Assembly: GCA_963768055.1 (NCBI GenBank)
Contig: CAVYGN010000002.1
Span: forward strand, 800,001-864,000
Length of the DNA stretch: 64,000 bases
Direction of reading: 5' to 3'
DNA from: an uncultured Spirochaetota bacterium
GTDB taxonomy: Bacteria > Spirochaetota > Brevinematia > Brevinematales > JAOACQ01
Positions 8,794 through 21,925 of the stretch are shown here, one piece after another; positions within the stretch are counted from its first letter, which is position 1; each line of letters starts with the position of its first letter. The notes under the pieces are model-generated. The model did no database searches. It had not been told where the DNA came from and was given only the letters and a program-made list of their open reading frames with translations. The translations under genes and the position numbers were made by a program.

Positions 8794-10584
8794 TTATTTA
8801 TTCGCTTTATATTCGACAGTCTTAATGCTTAATTCCGCCAGCTGCTTATCAGTTACTTTCGAGGGAGTATCCGACATCATATCCTGCCCCTTCTGGGTCT
8901 TGGGGAAGGCTATCACATCACGGATATTCGAGAGTCCCTGAAATTCCATTACCAGGCGGTCAAGGCCGAAAGCGAGTCCTCCATGAGGAGGAGCTCCGTA
9001 ACTCAATGCTTCCAGAAGAAAGCCGAATTTTATTTTAGCGTCTTCTTCTGAAATATTAAGTATATTGAAAATTTTTTTCTGGACTTCCGGGTTGTGGATC
9101 CTGATGCTTCCTCCGCCAAGTTCGATGCCGTTCAAAACCAGGTCATAGGCATCGGAACGGACCTTTCCCGGTTCCTTTTCCAGAAGTTCGAGGTCGTCGA
9201 CCTTCGGTGCAGTAAAAGGGTGGTGAACCGAATCCCAGCGGTTTTCATCAGTATTCCAGTCGAACATTGGAAAATCCACAATCCATACGAATTCCATTTT
9301 ATTTTTATCCCGCAGTGAAAATCTGTCACCGATATTAAGGCGCAGGTTGGCAATGGAATCGTAAACTACTTTTTTATTGACATCGGCTATGAAAAGCAGT
9401 GCGAAATCCTCCTTTGCGCCTGTAATTTTAATAAGGGCGTCCTGGATTTCCTGTGAAAAATATTTAACGATGTTGGATTCAAGCTTTCCGCCTTTGACCC
9501 TCATCCAGGCCATCCCCTTTGAGCCGTATTTGCCGACAAAAGAGATGAGGTCGTCCATATCCTTTCTCGAAAGCCGGCTTCCTTCGGGGACAGGGAGGCA
9601 TTTAACCATTCCTCCCGCCTGGGCCTGGGTCTTGAAAACTGAAAATTCGCAGTTTTTTACCGTTTCCGTTACATCCACGATCTCCAGGCCGAAACGGAGA
9701 TCGGGCCTGTCTATACCATATTTATCGATCGCCTCTTTGTAAGTGATCCTCCTGATAGGAGTTTTAATTTTGATCCTGTAATTTTCAAGCAGTATCCTTG
9801 CTATCATATTTTCCATCAGTGTAATTATATCGTCTTCGGTGATAAACGACATTTCGATATCGATCTGGGTGAATTCAAGCTGCCGGTCCGCCCGGAGGTC
9901 TTCGTCCCTGAAACACTTTGCGATCTGGTAATACCTGTCTATGCCGCCGATCATTAATATCTGCTTGTAGATCTGCGGCGATTGGGGCAGGGCGTAAAAA
10001 TTGCCGGGGGCGAGCCTTGAAGGGACTAGGAAATCCCTTGCTCCTTCCGGAGTAGACTTGTTCAATATAGGCGTTTCAACTTCCAGGAAACCGTTTTCAT
10101 CCATATAGTTCCTGACCGTATTGACAATTTTATGCCTCATAAAAAGATTATTGTACATCTGCTCTCTCCGGATGTCGAGATACCTGTATTTAAGCCTGAC
10201 CTCCTCGCTGATTTCATCCTGGTCGATCTGAAAGGGAGGGGTTTTCGACTTGTTGAGAATATCGATCCTGTCGACCTTAACCTCGTATCTTCCCGTCGGG
10301 ATCTTCGGATTTATATTTTCTTCCGTCCTTAACAGGACTATGCCGCTTGCCGATAATACGTCCTCGCTCCTGGTTTTTTTCGCGATTTCATGAGCGTCGG
10401 GATTGGTCTGCGGGTCGAATACAAGCTGGATGATCCCGCTCCTGTCCCGTACGTCCAGGAAAGTGAGTCCTCCATGATCCCTGTAATTCTGCACCCAGCC
10501 GTTTATTACAACCCTTTTGCCTACAAGCTTGTCCGAGTTTACCTGACCGCAGTACAGCGTCCGCTGCTGTTCCCTGGTAATCAT
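8794..10584 (-). CDS. aspS: Aspartyl-tRNA synthetase
   Basis: RDHGGL, ALPQSPQ, FRDEDLRADRQLEFTQID, PPHGGLAFGLDR. Confidence 0.98.
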   Translation of the reverse strand: MITREQQRTLYCGQVNSDKLVGKRVVINGWVQNYRDHGGLTFLDVRDRSGIIQLVFDPQTNPDAHEIAKKTRSEDVLSASGIVLLRTEENINPKIPTGRYEVKVDRIDILNKSKTPPFQIDQDEISEEVRLKYRYLDIRREQMYNNLFMRHKIVNTVRNYMDENGFLEVETPILNKSTPEGARDFLVPSRLAPGNFYALPQSPQIYKQILMIGGIDRYYQIAKCFRDEDLRADRQLEFTQIDIEMSFITEDDIITLMENMIARILLENYRIKIKTPIRRITYKEAIDKYGIDRPDLRFGLEIVDVTETVKNCEFSVFKTQAQAGGMVKCLPVPEGSRLSRKDMDDLISFVGKYGSKGMAWMRVKGGKLESNIVKYFSQEIQDALIKITGAKEDFALLFIADVNKKVVYDSIANLRLNIGDRFSLRDKNKMEFVWIVDFPMFDWNTDENRWDSVHHPFTAPKVDDLELLEKEPGKVRSDAYDLVLNGIELGGGSIRIHNPEVQKKIFNILNISEEDAKIKFGFLLEALSYGAPPHGGLAFGLDRLVMEFQGLSNIRDVIAFPKTQKGQDMMSDTPSKVTDKQLAELSIKTVEYKANK

Positions 10585-10744
10585 AATTCCTCCGATGCCA
10601 ATTGAATAAACCTACATATTTTAAAGTGAATTGAAAAATATTACAAGGCGATAGGCCGAGAGAGGAATTGCTGTTTAATCCGAAATTCTATAAACCAATA
10701 TATGAATGCTTTCATTTGTATAAATACCATCTTTGCCCCGCCGG

Positions 10745-10919
10745 GTCATAAAAATCACATAATCATCTTTTGACAATTTTATAGTAACTGATTGGCCCTT
10801 AACCTTTTTTCCGCATTTTTAGACAGGTTTTGAAATTCGTTGTCGCCAAGCTGGTAATCATAATTTATCGACTCGTAATTTGACGGGCCAAATATTATGT
10901 CCCTGATCGTATAGATTGT
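10745..10919 (-). pseudogene. Frameshifted remnant paralogous to the C-terminal domain of the 54590..55939 protein
   Basis: Manual translation TIYTIRDIIFGPSNYESINYDYQLGDNEFQNLSKNAEK / (frameshift in an A-run) KVKGQSVTIKLSKDDYVIF aligns with YKNRNIIF...ILFDYQMG...AEIKGKGQSITVKLQKDDFVNF. Confidence 0.7.
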
Positions 10920-10934
10920 CCGGATATGAATTTG

Positions 10935-11813
10935 TCAAGGTATCCGTCTCGCCCTGCCGATGCCTCTGCTTATGCCGGTTATTAATACCGTTTTCATGGA
11001 TATGCCCACTTCATGTATTGCTGCCCCGACCGCCGTGGCATAGTCGGCATTTTCCGGTATGTGGAAATTCACATTATAGATTTTAGAGATCCCGTCGAAA
11101 ATTATCCTCGCCTGTGGTATAAGCGCAAGCCTTCCCGTCAATACGATATCCCTGTTATCGGTTTGTTTGGAAGCGAACATCGCTATTACCCCGATCGACT
11201 GGAAAACGAGATTGAAAATTCCAAGGGCGAAATCGCTTTTAACGGCCTTGTCGCTAGTCTTGCCGAAATTGGAAGCCGTAGCGTTTGACGGCAGATCCCC
11301 TATCTTCAAATTTGAAATGTCGCTTATAGCCAGGTCGATATTCCCGAGATCGCCATCCCGGGCCATTTCTATGATATTGTTAATATCGGTGCTGCCCAGG
11401 ATGCACTTCGAAAGTCCCAGGAGTGTCCCTCCTCCCACTCCCGTGCCGCCCAGGTGGGTCGTTTTTCCTCCATCGGCCTTTACTATTGCAGTTCCTGTTC
11501 CGAGGCTCACTACGACAGCTTTTTTCATATGTGACAGATAAAGCCCTCCCAGCCCTATCGCCTGGAACTCGTCAACCCTTGATACAGGTATTCCTATAAT
11601 AGTCGATTTGATAAATGAAGCTCCCGCCCCTGTAATTACTATTTTTTTAATATCATTTACCGGAATGTGGTCGGAATCTATAAGCTTCCCGAGGGCCCCG
11701 GAGGCCGACGTTAAAGGATCGCTGGCGCTGACTGTAAAAAAACTCATGATTTTATCGTTTATCAGGCTGACAATCTTTGTGGTTGTTCCCCCGATATCTA
11801 TTCCAATGATCAT
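10935..11813 (-). CDS. Type II pantothenate kinase (CoaW/Fumble family) with a fused SDR N-terminal fragment
   Basis: GIDIGGTTTK, EFQAIGLG, SLGTGT, GGTGVGGGTLLGL, ASNFGK; last 20 aa are MKTVLITGISRGIGRARRIP. Confidence 0.82.
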   Translation of the reverse strand: MIIGIDIGGTTTKIVSLINDKIMSFFTVSASDPLTSASGALGKLIDSDHIPVNDIKKIVITGAGASFIKSTIIGIPVSRVDEFQAIGLGGLYLSHMKKAVVVSLGTGTAIVKADGGKTTHLGGTGVGGGTLLGLSKCILGSTDINNIIEMARDGDLGNIDLAISDISNLKIGDLPSNATASNFGKTSDKAVKSDFALGIFNLVFQSIGVIAMFASKQTDNRDIVLTGRLALIPQARIIFDGISKIYNVNFHIPENADYATAVGAAIHEVGISMKTVLITGISRGIGRARRIP

Positions 11814-11916
11814 GCCGCCTCCCATTAGTGTGGCCTTGCGGAATATTTACATTAGGGCACGCGAATAAATGTAAATGATAATTATAATTATAAGATGATT
11901 TAACTTATATTCCAAA

Positions 11917-12498
11917 TCATTTGCGGTTGAGCACCGCATAAGCCCAAAAAAGGCCGGTTACCTCGATATTAAGATCGTATTTCATTATTATTTTTTTAAA
12001 GGCTTTATAATGCGAACCCGTCGTGATTATATCGTCGATAATATATAAATTTCTTATTTTTTTGTTTTTAAATCCTTCCCATTGGTAATTATCGATTATT
12101 TCATCTATAATACGGGGCCCTCCCATATGGCTGGCGCGCCGGCTTTTTATCAACGAGACCGGTTGTTCTATGACGATATTATTTCTTAATTCTTTTAATC
12201 TTAAAAGGGTTTTTTCGAGCCTGTCGTCGTAAAGCCCGTCGATTTTGCATTTTGACGGCGGTACAAAAGAAAGGTAATATGCTTCCTTGCCGGCAAAAAA
12301 CAATGAAAGTTCTTCGGCGAATATGTTTATTGAAGATATTTTATGCTTTTCCAGGTCCGGTCTTGTTTTCACGTTATGCTTGAAATTTTTTATAAGCTGA
12401 TTGGTTTCACAGAACAAAAACCCCCTTCTTGGATAGTATTCTCTTCTATAAAAACATTCGTCATTAGAAGGGTCTATATAGCGCGGGAAATTTCTCAT
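11917..12498 (-). CDS. Phosphoribosyltransferase-fold protein
   Basis: VPPSK motif and PRPP-binding loop YIIDDIITTGSHY. Confidence 0.7.
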   Translation of the reverse strand: MRNFPRYIDPSNDECFYRREYYPRRGFLFCETNQLIKNFKHNVKTRPDLEKHKISSINIFAEELSLFFAGKEAYYLSFVPPSKCKIDGLYDDRLEKTLLRLKELRNNIVIEQPVSLIKSRRASHMGGPRIIDEIIDNYQWEGFKNKKIRNLYIIDDIITTGSHYKAFKKIIMKYDLNIEVTGLFWAYAVLNRK

Positions 12499-12727
12499 GC
12501 CGGGTGTAATTCTTATCCAGTCCTTCAGAAATGTCTCCTTTCGAATAGTTTATTATCATTATATTATTGTTATAATGGCAATATTCTAATTCTGTCTGGA
12601 TTTTTATTCAAATTCCGGTAAAATTGATTAACTTTTCATCCGATAACATGTTACAGAATTAAATTAACATAAAATTAATCCCCGATTCACCAAAAACTAA
12701 TATAATTGAAAAAAAGATCATAAAATT

Positions 12728-12756
12728 TTGCAAAAAAGGCAAAGGAGTGATATACT
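12728..12756 (+). promoter_or_regulatory. Putative sigma70 rRNA operon promoter
   Basis: TTGCAA-N17-TATACT preceded by an A/T-rich UP-like tract. Confidence 0.65.
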
Positions 12757-12800
12757 ACTGACCGCCTCCGAGAAGGAAGCGAAAGGTAATAGAACTATGG

Positions 12801-14504
<1,704 letters not shown>

Positions 14505-14723
14505 TCATTTATATAAAAATAAAGGATGAATATAAAAAAGGTATCTTGATTTGTTTAACGCAGATCGAGAACAATTCGCCTGTCAACGTATATAAATCGT
14601 TGAGGTTCATCTGAGCTCATTGGGGTAATGAGCTCACGCCGAACTTTTGCGAGGCGTAGAGCGAATTACACCGAAGTTAATGAGCCAAGCCGAGCAAAGT
14701 GAGGCATAAGGCGAATTAACCGA

Positions 14724-14797
14724 GGGTGTATAGCTCAGTTGGTTAGAGCGCAGCCCTGATAAGGCTGAGGTCGGTGGTTCGAAACCACCTACACCCA
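14724..14797 (+). tRNA. tRNA-Ile (GAT)
   Basis: Cloverleaf GGGTGTA/TACACCC, anticodon loop CTGATAA, GGTTCGAAACC; CCA not encoded. Confidence 0.96.
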
Positions 14798-14848
14798 ACC
14801 CCTCACAAGGTGAGGAGCGTACTTGATCGCATATGCGCTCAAGCACGG

Positions 14849-14921
14849 GGGGGTGTAGCTCAGCTGGGAGAGCGCCTGCCTTGCAAGCAGGATGTCAGGG
14901 GTTCGATTCCCCTCATCTCCA
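14849..14921 (+). tRNA. tRNA-Ala (TGC)
   Basis: GGGGGTG/CATCTCC acceptor with G3.U70, anticodon loop TTTGCAA-like CTTGCAA. Confidence 0.96.
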
Positions 14922-14993
14922 GGCAAGAAACAAAGAAAAGAAAAGAATAGGAAAGAAAAAGAAAGAAAAGCGGTTATAGGAATAAGGTAAGAA

Positions 14994-17887
<2,894 letters not shown>

Positions 17888-17917
17888 TCTTTCCTTTATT
17901 CTTATATCGTTTTATTT

Positions 17918-18023
17918 GCTCTCGACCATAGCGCAGGTGTTACACCCGGTCCCATTCCGAACCCGGAAGTTAAGCCCTGCGTCGCCGATGATACTCGTTT
18001 CGGGGAAAGTAGGTGTCGAGAGC
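17918..18023 (+). rRNA. rrf: 5S ribosomal RNA
   Basis: GCTCTCGAC/GTCGAGAGC terminal helix, CCCATTCCGAAC, GAAGTTAAGC; followed by a T-run. Confidence 0.93.
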
Positions 18024-18058
18024 TTTTTTTATTTATAAGGGTTATGCAAGGGTTTGTT

Positions 18059-18736
18059 ATGAGTTTTAAGGGGTTTACAAAGGAAACGATAAAATTCCTT
18101 TTTGAAATCGGATATAATAATAACAGGGAATGGTATGAAAGCCATAAATCCGACTATAGAAATTTCGTATTGAAACCCTTTCAGGAACTTGTTACAGATC
18201 TTGGAACCATGATGCTGGCTATTGATACGGAATTTGAGGTAACTCCCGCTGTAGATAAAACTATCTCCAGAATTTACAGGGATGTACGTTTCTCAAAAGA
18301 TAAGACTCCATATAGAAATAATGTCTGGATCTCCTTTAAAAAATCAGTGGAAAAATGGAAGGAAACGCCGGTATTTTTTTTTGAGATATATCCGGAATAT
18401 TATCATTACGGCATGGGATTTTTTTATTATCCTTCCGTATTAAAAGAAAAATTACGTAAAAAAATCCTTGCAGATAATGCGGGTTTTAAAAAAGCTGTTT
18501 CGTTCTACAGGGAAGGCGATCCTTATATTATTTCCGGGGAAACATTCAAAAGGGTAAAAGACAAAGATGTGCCGGAATTTCTAAGGCGGTGGTATGAACG
18601 GAAGGGTTTTTACCTTTATAACCGTAAAGAGCTGGATGATCTGATCTTCGGGCCGGCCCTTGTGGATTTTCTTTACAAAAACTTCCTTAAAGTAAAACCG
18701 TTATATGATTATCTATGGGATGTTATCAAAGGTTAA
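18059..18736 (+). CDS. DUF2461 family protein
   Basis: FKGFT..T..FL, NNNREWY..HK, RIYRDVRFSKDKTPY; alternative start at 18044. Confidence 0.85.
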   Translation: MSFKGFTKETIKFLFEIGYNNNREWYESHKSDYRNFVLKPFQELVTDLGTMMLAIDTEFEVTPAVDKTISRIYRDVRFSKDKTPYRNNVWISFKKSVEKWKETPVFFFEIYPEYYHYGMGFFYYPSVLKEKLRKKILADNAGFKKAVSFYREGDPYIISGETFKRVKDKDVPEFLRRWYERKGFYLYNRKELDDLIFGPALVDFLYKNFLKVKPLYDYLWDVIKG

Positions 18737-18740
18737 GAGT

Positions 18741-18829
18741 TGTCATTTCGAGGAGCACAGCCCCTAAAGGGGCTGTATGACGAGAAATCTTCCCACAGTG
18801 GAGAATTTTTTCTTTCGGTCGAAATGACA
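18741..18829. repeat. Small REP/MITE-like palindromic element
   Basis: Terminal inverted repeats TGTCATTTCG...CGAAATGACA, internal hairpin ACAGCCCC-TAAA-GGGGCTGT and a CGAGAAATCT motif. Confidence 0.65.
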
Positions 18830-18893
18830 GTTCTGCTTCGAAAAACAGTGATTTGGAAGAACCAGGCTCAATCCCTGCAATTAGAAAATTAAC

Positions 18894-18922
18894 TTGATTT
18901 TTAAAGTGTTCATAATTAAAAT
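18894..18922 (+). promoter_or_regulatory. Putative sigma70 promoter of tRNA-Gly
   Basis: TTGATT-N17-TAAAAT, 12 nt upstream of the tRNA. Confidence 0.6.
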
Positions 18923-18934
18923 AAGAAAGATCGA

Positions 18935-19006
18935 GCGGGTGTAACTCAGTGGTAGAGTGTTAGCTTCCCAAGCTGAAAGTCGCGGGTTCAAATCCCGTCG
19001 CCCGCT
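18935..19006 (+). tRNA. tRNA-Gly (CCC)
   Basis: GCGGGTG/CGCCCGC acceptor, anticodon loop TTCCCAA, GGTTCAAATCC. Confidence 0.95.
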
Positions 19007-19022
19007 ATGTTTTTTTCCCTTG

Positions 19023-19051
19023 TTGCAAAAATATCCTCATCGCTTTACAAT
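19023..19051 (+). promoter_or_regulatory. Putative sigma70 promoter of the mraY operon
   Basis: TTGCAA-N17-TACAAT. Confidence 0.55.
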
Positions 19052-19089
19052 GAAAGTATCCTTCATCTGTTAACATTAAGGATTGGTTT

Positions 19090-20187
19090 ATGTTAAACGC
19101 ACTTCTTCTGCCTTTTAAAATTCCCGGCTTTGGGCTTTTAAATTATATTACTTTCAGGGCGATGGCTGCTTTTGCAACTTCATTTATTATCGGGGTATAT
19201 GTGGCCCCTTATTGTATAAAAAAGTTTAAGGATTTCGGCATTAAACAATCGATCAGGATAGACGGTCCTGAAACACATCAGATCAAATCCGGTACCCCGA
19301 CCATGGGAGGGATTTTGATAATTATTTCAGCATTGATTTCAATACTGCTCTGGACCAAATTCAATTATTATATTCTTATTGTCAGTCTTGGGATATTTCT
19401 CTTCGGCACTATAGGGTTTTTAGACGATTTCATTAAAATAAAATATAAGAACTCTAAAGGGATAAACGGAAAATTAAAAATCATACTGCAGACGGCAGTT
19501 TCATTTTTATTGATTTTCTTCCTGACATTGAACCCTAATTTTTCAGACATTTTTTGGAAATTTTATATTCCAATAATCGATAAACCTCTTTTCGCCTGGC
19601 CCCATTACCTGGCTTATATTTTTTATATTTTCACGATGGTTGCTTTTTCAAATGCTATGAACCTTTCTGACGGCCTTGACGGGCTAGCTTCAGGAATGGG
19701 CATTATTTTATATCTGCCTTTTGGTATAATAAGTTACGTCATAGGAAATGCGCTTGCCGCAAGATATTTAAAGTTTCCATTTATTAGCGGAACTGGAGAA
19801 TTGACTGTAATAGCGGCTGCGATGATCGGAGGATTGACTGCGTTTTTGTGGTATAATATTCACCCGGCGGAAGTATTTATGGGTGATACAGGTTCGCTGA
19901 CCATGGGCGGAACCATAGCTCTCATTTCGATAATTTTAAAACAGGAGATTCTTCTGCTTATAGCAGGAGGAATGTTCTTTATCGAGGCTTTGTCCGTGGT
20001 GATTCAGAAAGGCTATTTCAAATATACGAAAAAGGTTTATGGTGAGGGGAAACGAATATTTTTAATGGCCCCAATACACCATCACTTTGAAAAAAAAGGC
20101 TGGAAAGAGACCCAGGTTGTGATACGGTTCTGGATCCTTTCGGCTTTATGTGCGCTTATGGCTTTAGCCACATTGAAAGTTAGATAA
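19090..20187 (+). CDS. mraY: Phospho-N-acetylmuramoyl-pentapeptide transferase
   Basis: GTPTMGG, GFLDD, NLSDGLDGLA, FMGDTGS, MAPIHHHFE. Confidence 0.97.
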   Translation: MLNALLLPFKIPGFGLLNYITFRAMAAFATSFIIGVYVAPYCIKKFKDFGIKQSIRIDGPETHQIKSGTPTMGGILIIISALISILLWTKFNYYILIVSLGIFLFGTIGFLDDFIKIKYKNSKGINGKLKIILQTAVSFLLIFFLTLNPNFSDIFWKFYIPIIDKPLFAWPHYLAYIFYIFTMVAFSNAMNLSDGLDGLASGMGIILYLPFGIISYVIGNALAARYLKFPFISGTGELTVIAAAMIGGLTAFLWYNIHPAEVFMGDTGSLTMGGTIALISIILKQEILLLIAGGMFFIEALSVVIQKGYFKYTKKVYGEGKRIFLMAPIHHHFEKKGWKETQVVIRFWILSALCALMALATLKVR

Positions 20188-20199
20188 GAGGAGGTCGGC

Positions 20200-20766
20200 A
20201 TGAAAAAAATTAAATTAAATGACAATCAAAAAAAGGAACTTCTCAAAGTTGCCCGAATGACAATCGAGCGCATGCTTACAGGTAAAGAGTCCCCCGATAT
20301 TCCTTCTCTGTCGGATGAGGTATTTTCACAGAACTATGGGATTTTTGTCTGCCTGAAAGTCAATAATGGACTCAGGGGCTGCATCGGTAATATCGAAGGC
20401 GTAAAATCTATCAGGGATTCTATAAAGGAAATGGCCATTGAATCGGCTTTCAGGGATCCCAGATTCCCTCCGCTGGCAAAGAATGAACTTGATAAGATTG
20501 AAATTGAAGTATCGATCCTCTATCCCCTGGAAGAAGTCAAAGATTATAGTAAAATTGAACCGGGGAAGCATGGCCTTGTAATGGAAAGGGGTTATCAGAA
20601 AGGTCTGCTTCTCCCGCAGGTCGCAACTGAAAACAACTGGGATAGGGAAGAGTTTATGAACCAGACCTGCAGAAAAGCCGGAATGGAAAATTATTGCTGG
20701 GAGAATGATGCAAAAGTATTTAAATTTGAAGCAGTGGTTTTTAATGAAAAAGAGCTGGGGGTTTAG
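20200..20766 (+). CDS. AMMECR1-domain protein (AmmeMemoRadiSam protein A family)
   Basis: LRGCIG, SAFRDPRFPPL, GLLLPQVA, CRKAG. Confidence 0.9.
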   Translation: MKKIKLNDNQKKELLKVARMTIERMLTGKESPDIPSLSDEVFSQNYGIFVCLKVNNGLRGCIGNIEGVKSIRDSIKEMAIESAFRDPRFPPLAKNELDKIEIEVSILYPLEEVKDYSKIEPGKHGLVMERGYQKGLLLPQVATENNWDREEFMNQTCRKAGMENYCWENDAKVFKFEAVVFNEKELGV

Positions 20767-21847
20767 ACTAGACCCGGCGAAGTTCGCAAAATTTACTAAT
20801 TTTATCATTAAATACTGGAAAGAAACTGTTTTCGTATCCTCTTTTCTTGCTCTTATACTCGCTATTTTTTTTGCCGTGAGTATAACTAATATTCAATTAA
20901 AAGAAGCTGAAAAAAACGCCAGTATAAACTCAATTAAATACAGCGTGGTGAACTCATGGAAAGGAACTAACGGAGAAGTCATAAAGTCTTTTACCGTTGA
21001 TACTTCCAATGTTTACATGGCCCTTGGACAGGATGGATTTTCGATCTTTGACAAGCTTACCCTCGATAGGGCATCTTCATTGGTAACCAATTTATCGATC
21101 AATGACGTAGCTGTTAAAACTTTCGGGACCAGCACCCTGGCATTTTTAGCAGTAGGGGGGATTGAAACTCCCGGCGGTATTGCCGTATGCGATGTAACAG
21201 AGAATACCAATATCAAGGTAATAAATTCCATTTTGACCTCAAATTCAATCTGCGAAAATATAAAGTTACTGGGCGGCGAGGGCAAACCGCTCAATATATT
21301 ACTCAGCGATAATAATAGCGGTTTTGTCTATTATACATATGACCCGGCAAAAAACCTCCTTTTACAAAACCTTCTTGGCAGCGGGCGGAATTATCCCGGT
21401 ATTGGAATTGATGCGGATAATAAACTCATCTGCTCTGTTTCCAAATCAGGGACAGTTTACTTATATAACTGGAAGGGTGAACTTCTTTCCATGATAAGCA
21501 ATTCCCTTTCTATGGCTAATAGTGTTTCCATTTACAGTAATTTTTTGATTATAGGCGATAGGATGGCCGGTGCAATAATTTATAATGCTTCGGACCCCAG
21601 GAACTGCGGATATGTCGTAAATTATAACACTTCCGGAGATACATATGATGCTTTTGAAAGAGATAATTCCATATATATAGCCGATGGAATCAATGGCATC
21701 CTGAAGGTCAGAAGAGATAAGTTCTCGGAATTTATCCTGGAAAAACAGTTCAATGACGGCGCTATTTATAATAAATTATTTTATTCCCCAGCTGATGATG
21801 AAATATATGCGGGCTGCGGTAAAGACGGATTTAAGATACTAAAGTAA
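20744..21847 (+). CDS. Membrane-anchored beta-propeller (LVIVD-like repeat) protein
   Basis: One N-terminal TM segment, then repeats such as VYMALGQDGFSIFD, IYIADGINGI and IYAGCGKDGFKI; start uncertain (20705 or 20744). Confidence 0.6.
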   Translation: MKKSWGFRLDPAKFAKFTNFIIKYWKETVFVSSFLALILAIFFAVSITNIQLKEAEKNASINSIKYSVVNSWKGTNGEVIKSFTVDTSNVYMALGQDGFSIFDKLTLDRASSLVTNLSINDVAVKTFGTSTLAFLAVGGIETPGGIAVCDVTENTNIKVINSILTSNSICENIKLLGGEGKPLNILLSDNNSGFVYYTYDPAKNLLLQNLLGSGRNYPGIGIDADNKLICSVSKSGTVYLYNWKGELLSMISNSLSMANSVSIYSNFLIIGDRMAGAIIYNASDPRNCGYVVNYNTSGDTYDAFERDNSIYIADGINGILKVRRDKFSEFILEKQFNDGAIYNKLFYSPADDEIYAGCGKDGFKILK

Positions 21848-21925
21848 TAAAAACCATTATTATTTAAAGAAATAAGCTTGATTAAACCGATATTTTGTAA
21901 GAGAAAATTCGAAAGGGAGTTCGAT

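Noticed and set aside
10002..10012. TGCCGGGGGCG match to the tRNA-Leu 3' end inside aspS
   Set aside because: It lies within conserved coding sequence (LAPGN) and is treated as a chance hit; it shows the background level for the short repeat copies
12619..12646. sigma28-like TAAA-N16-TCCGATAA upstream of the rRNA operon
   Set aside because: Very AT-rich context and a good sigma70 promoter lies downstream; likely chance
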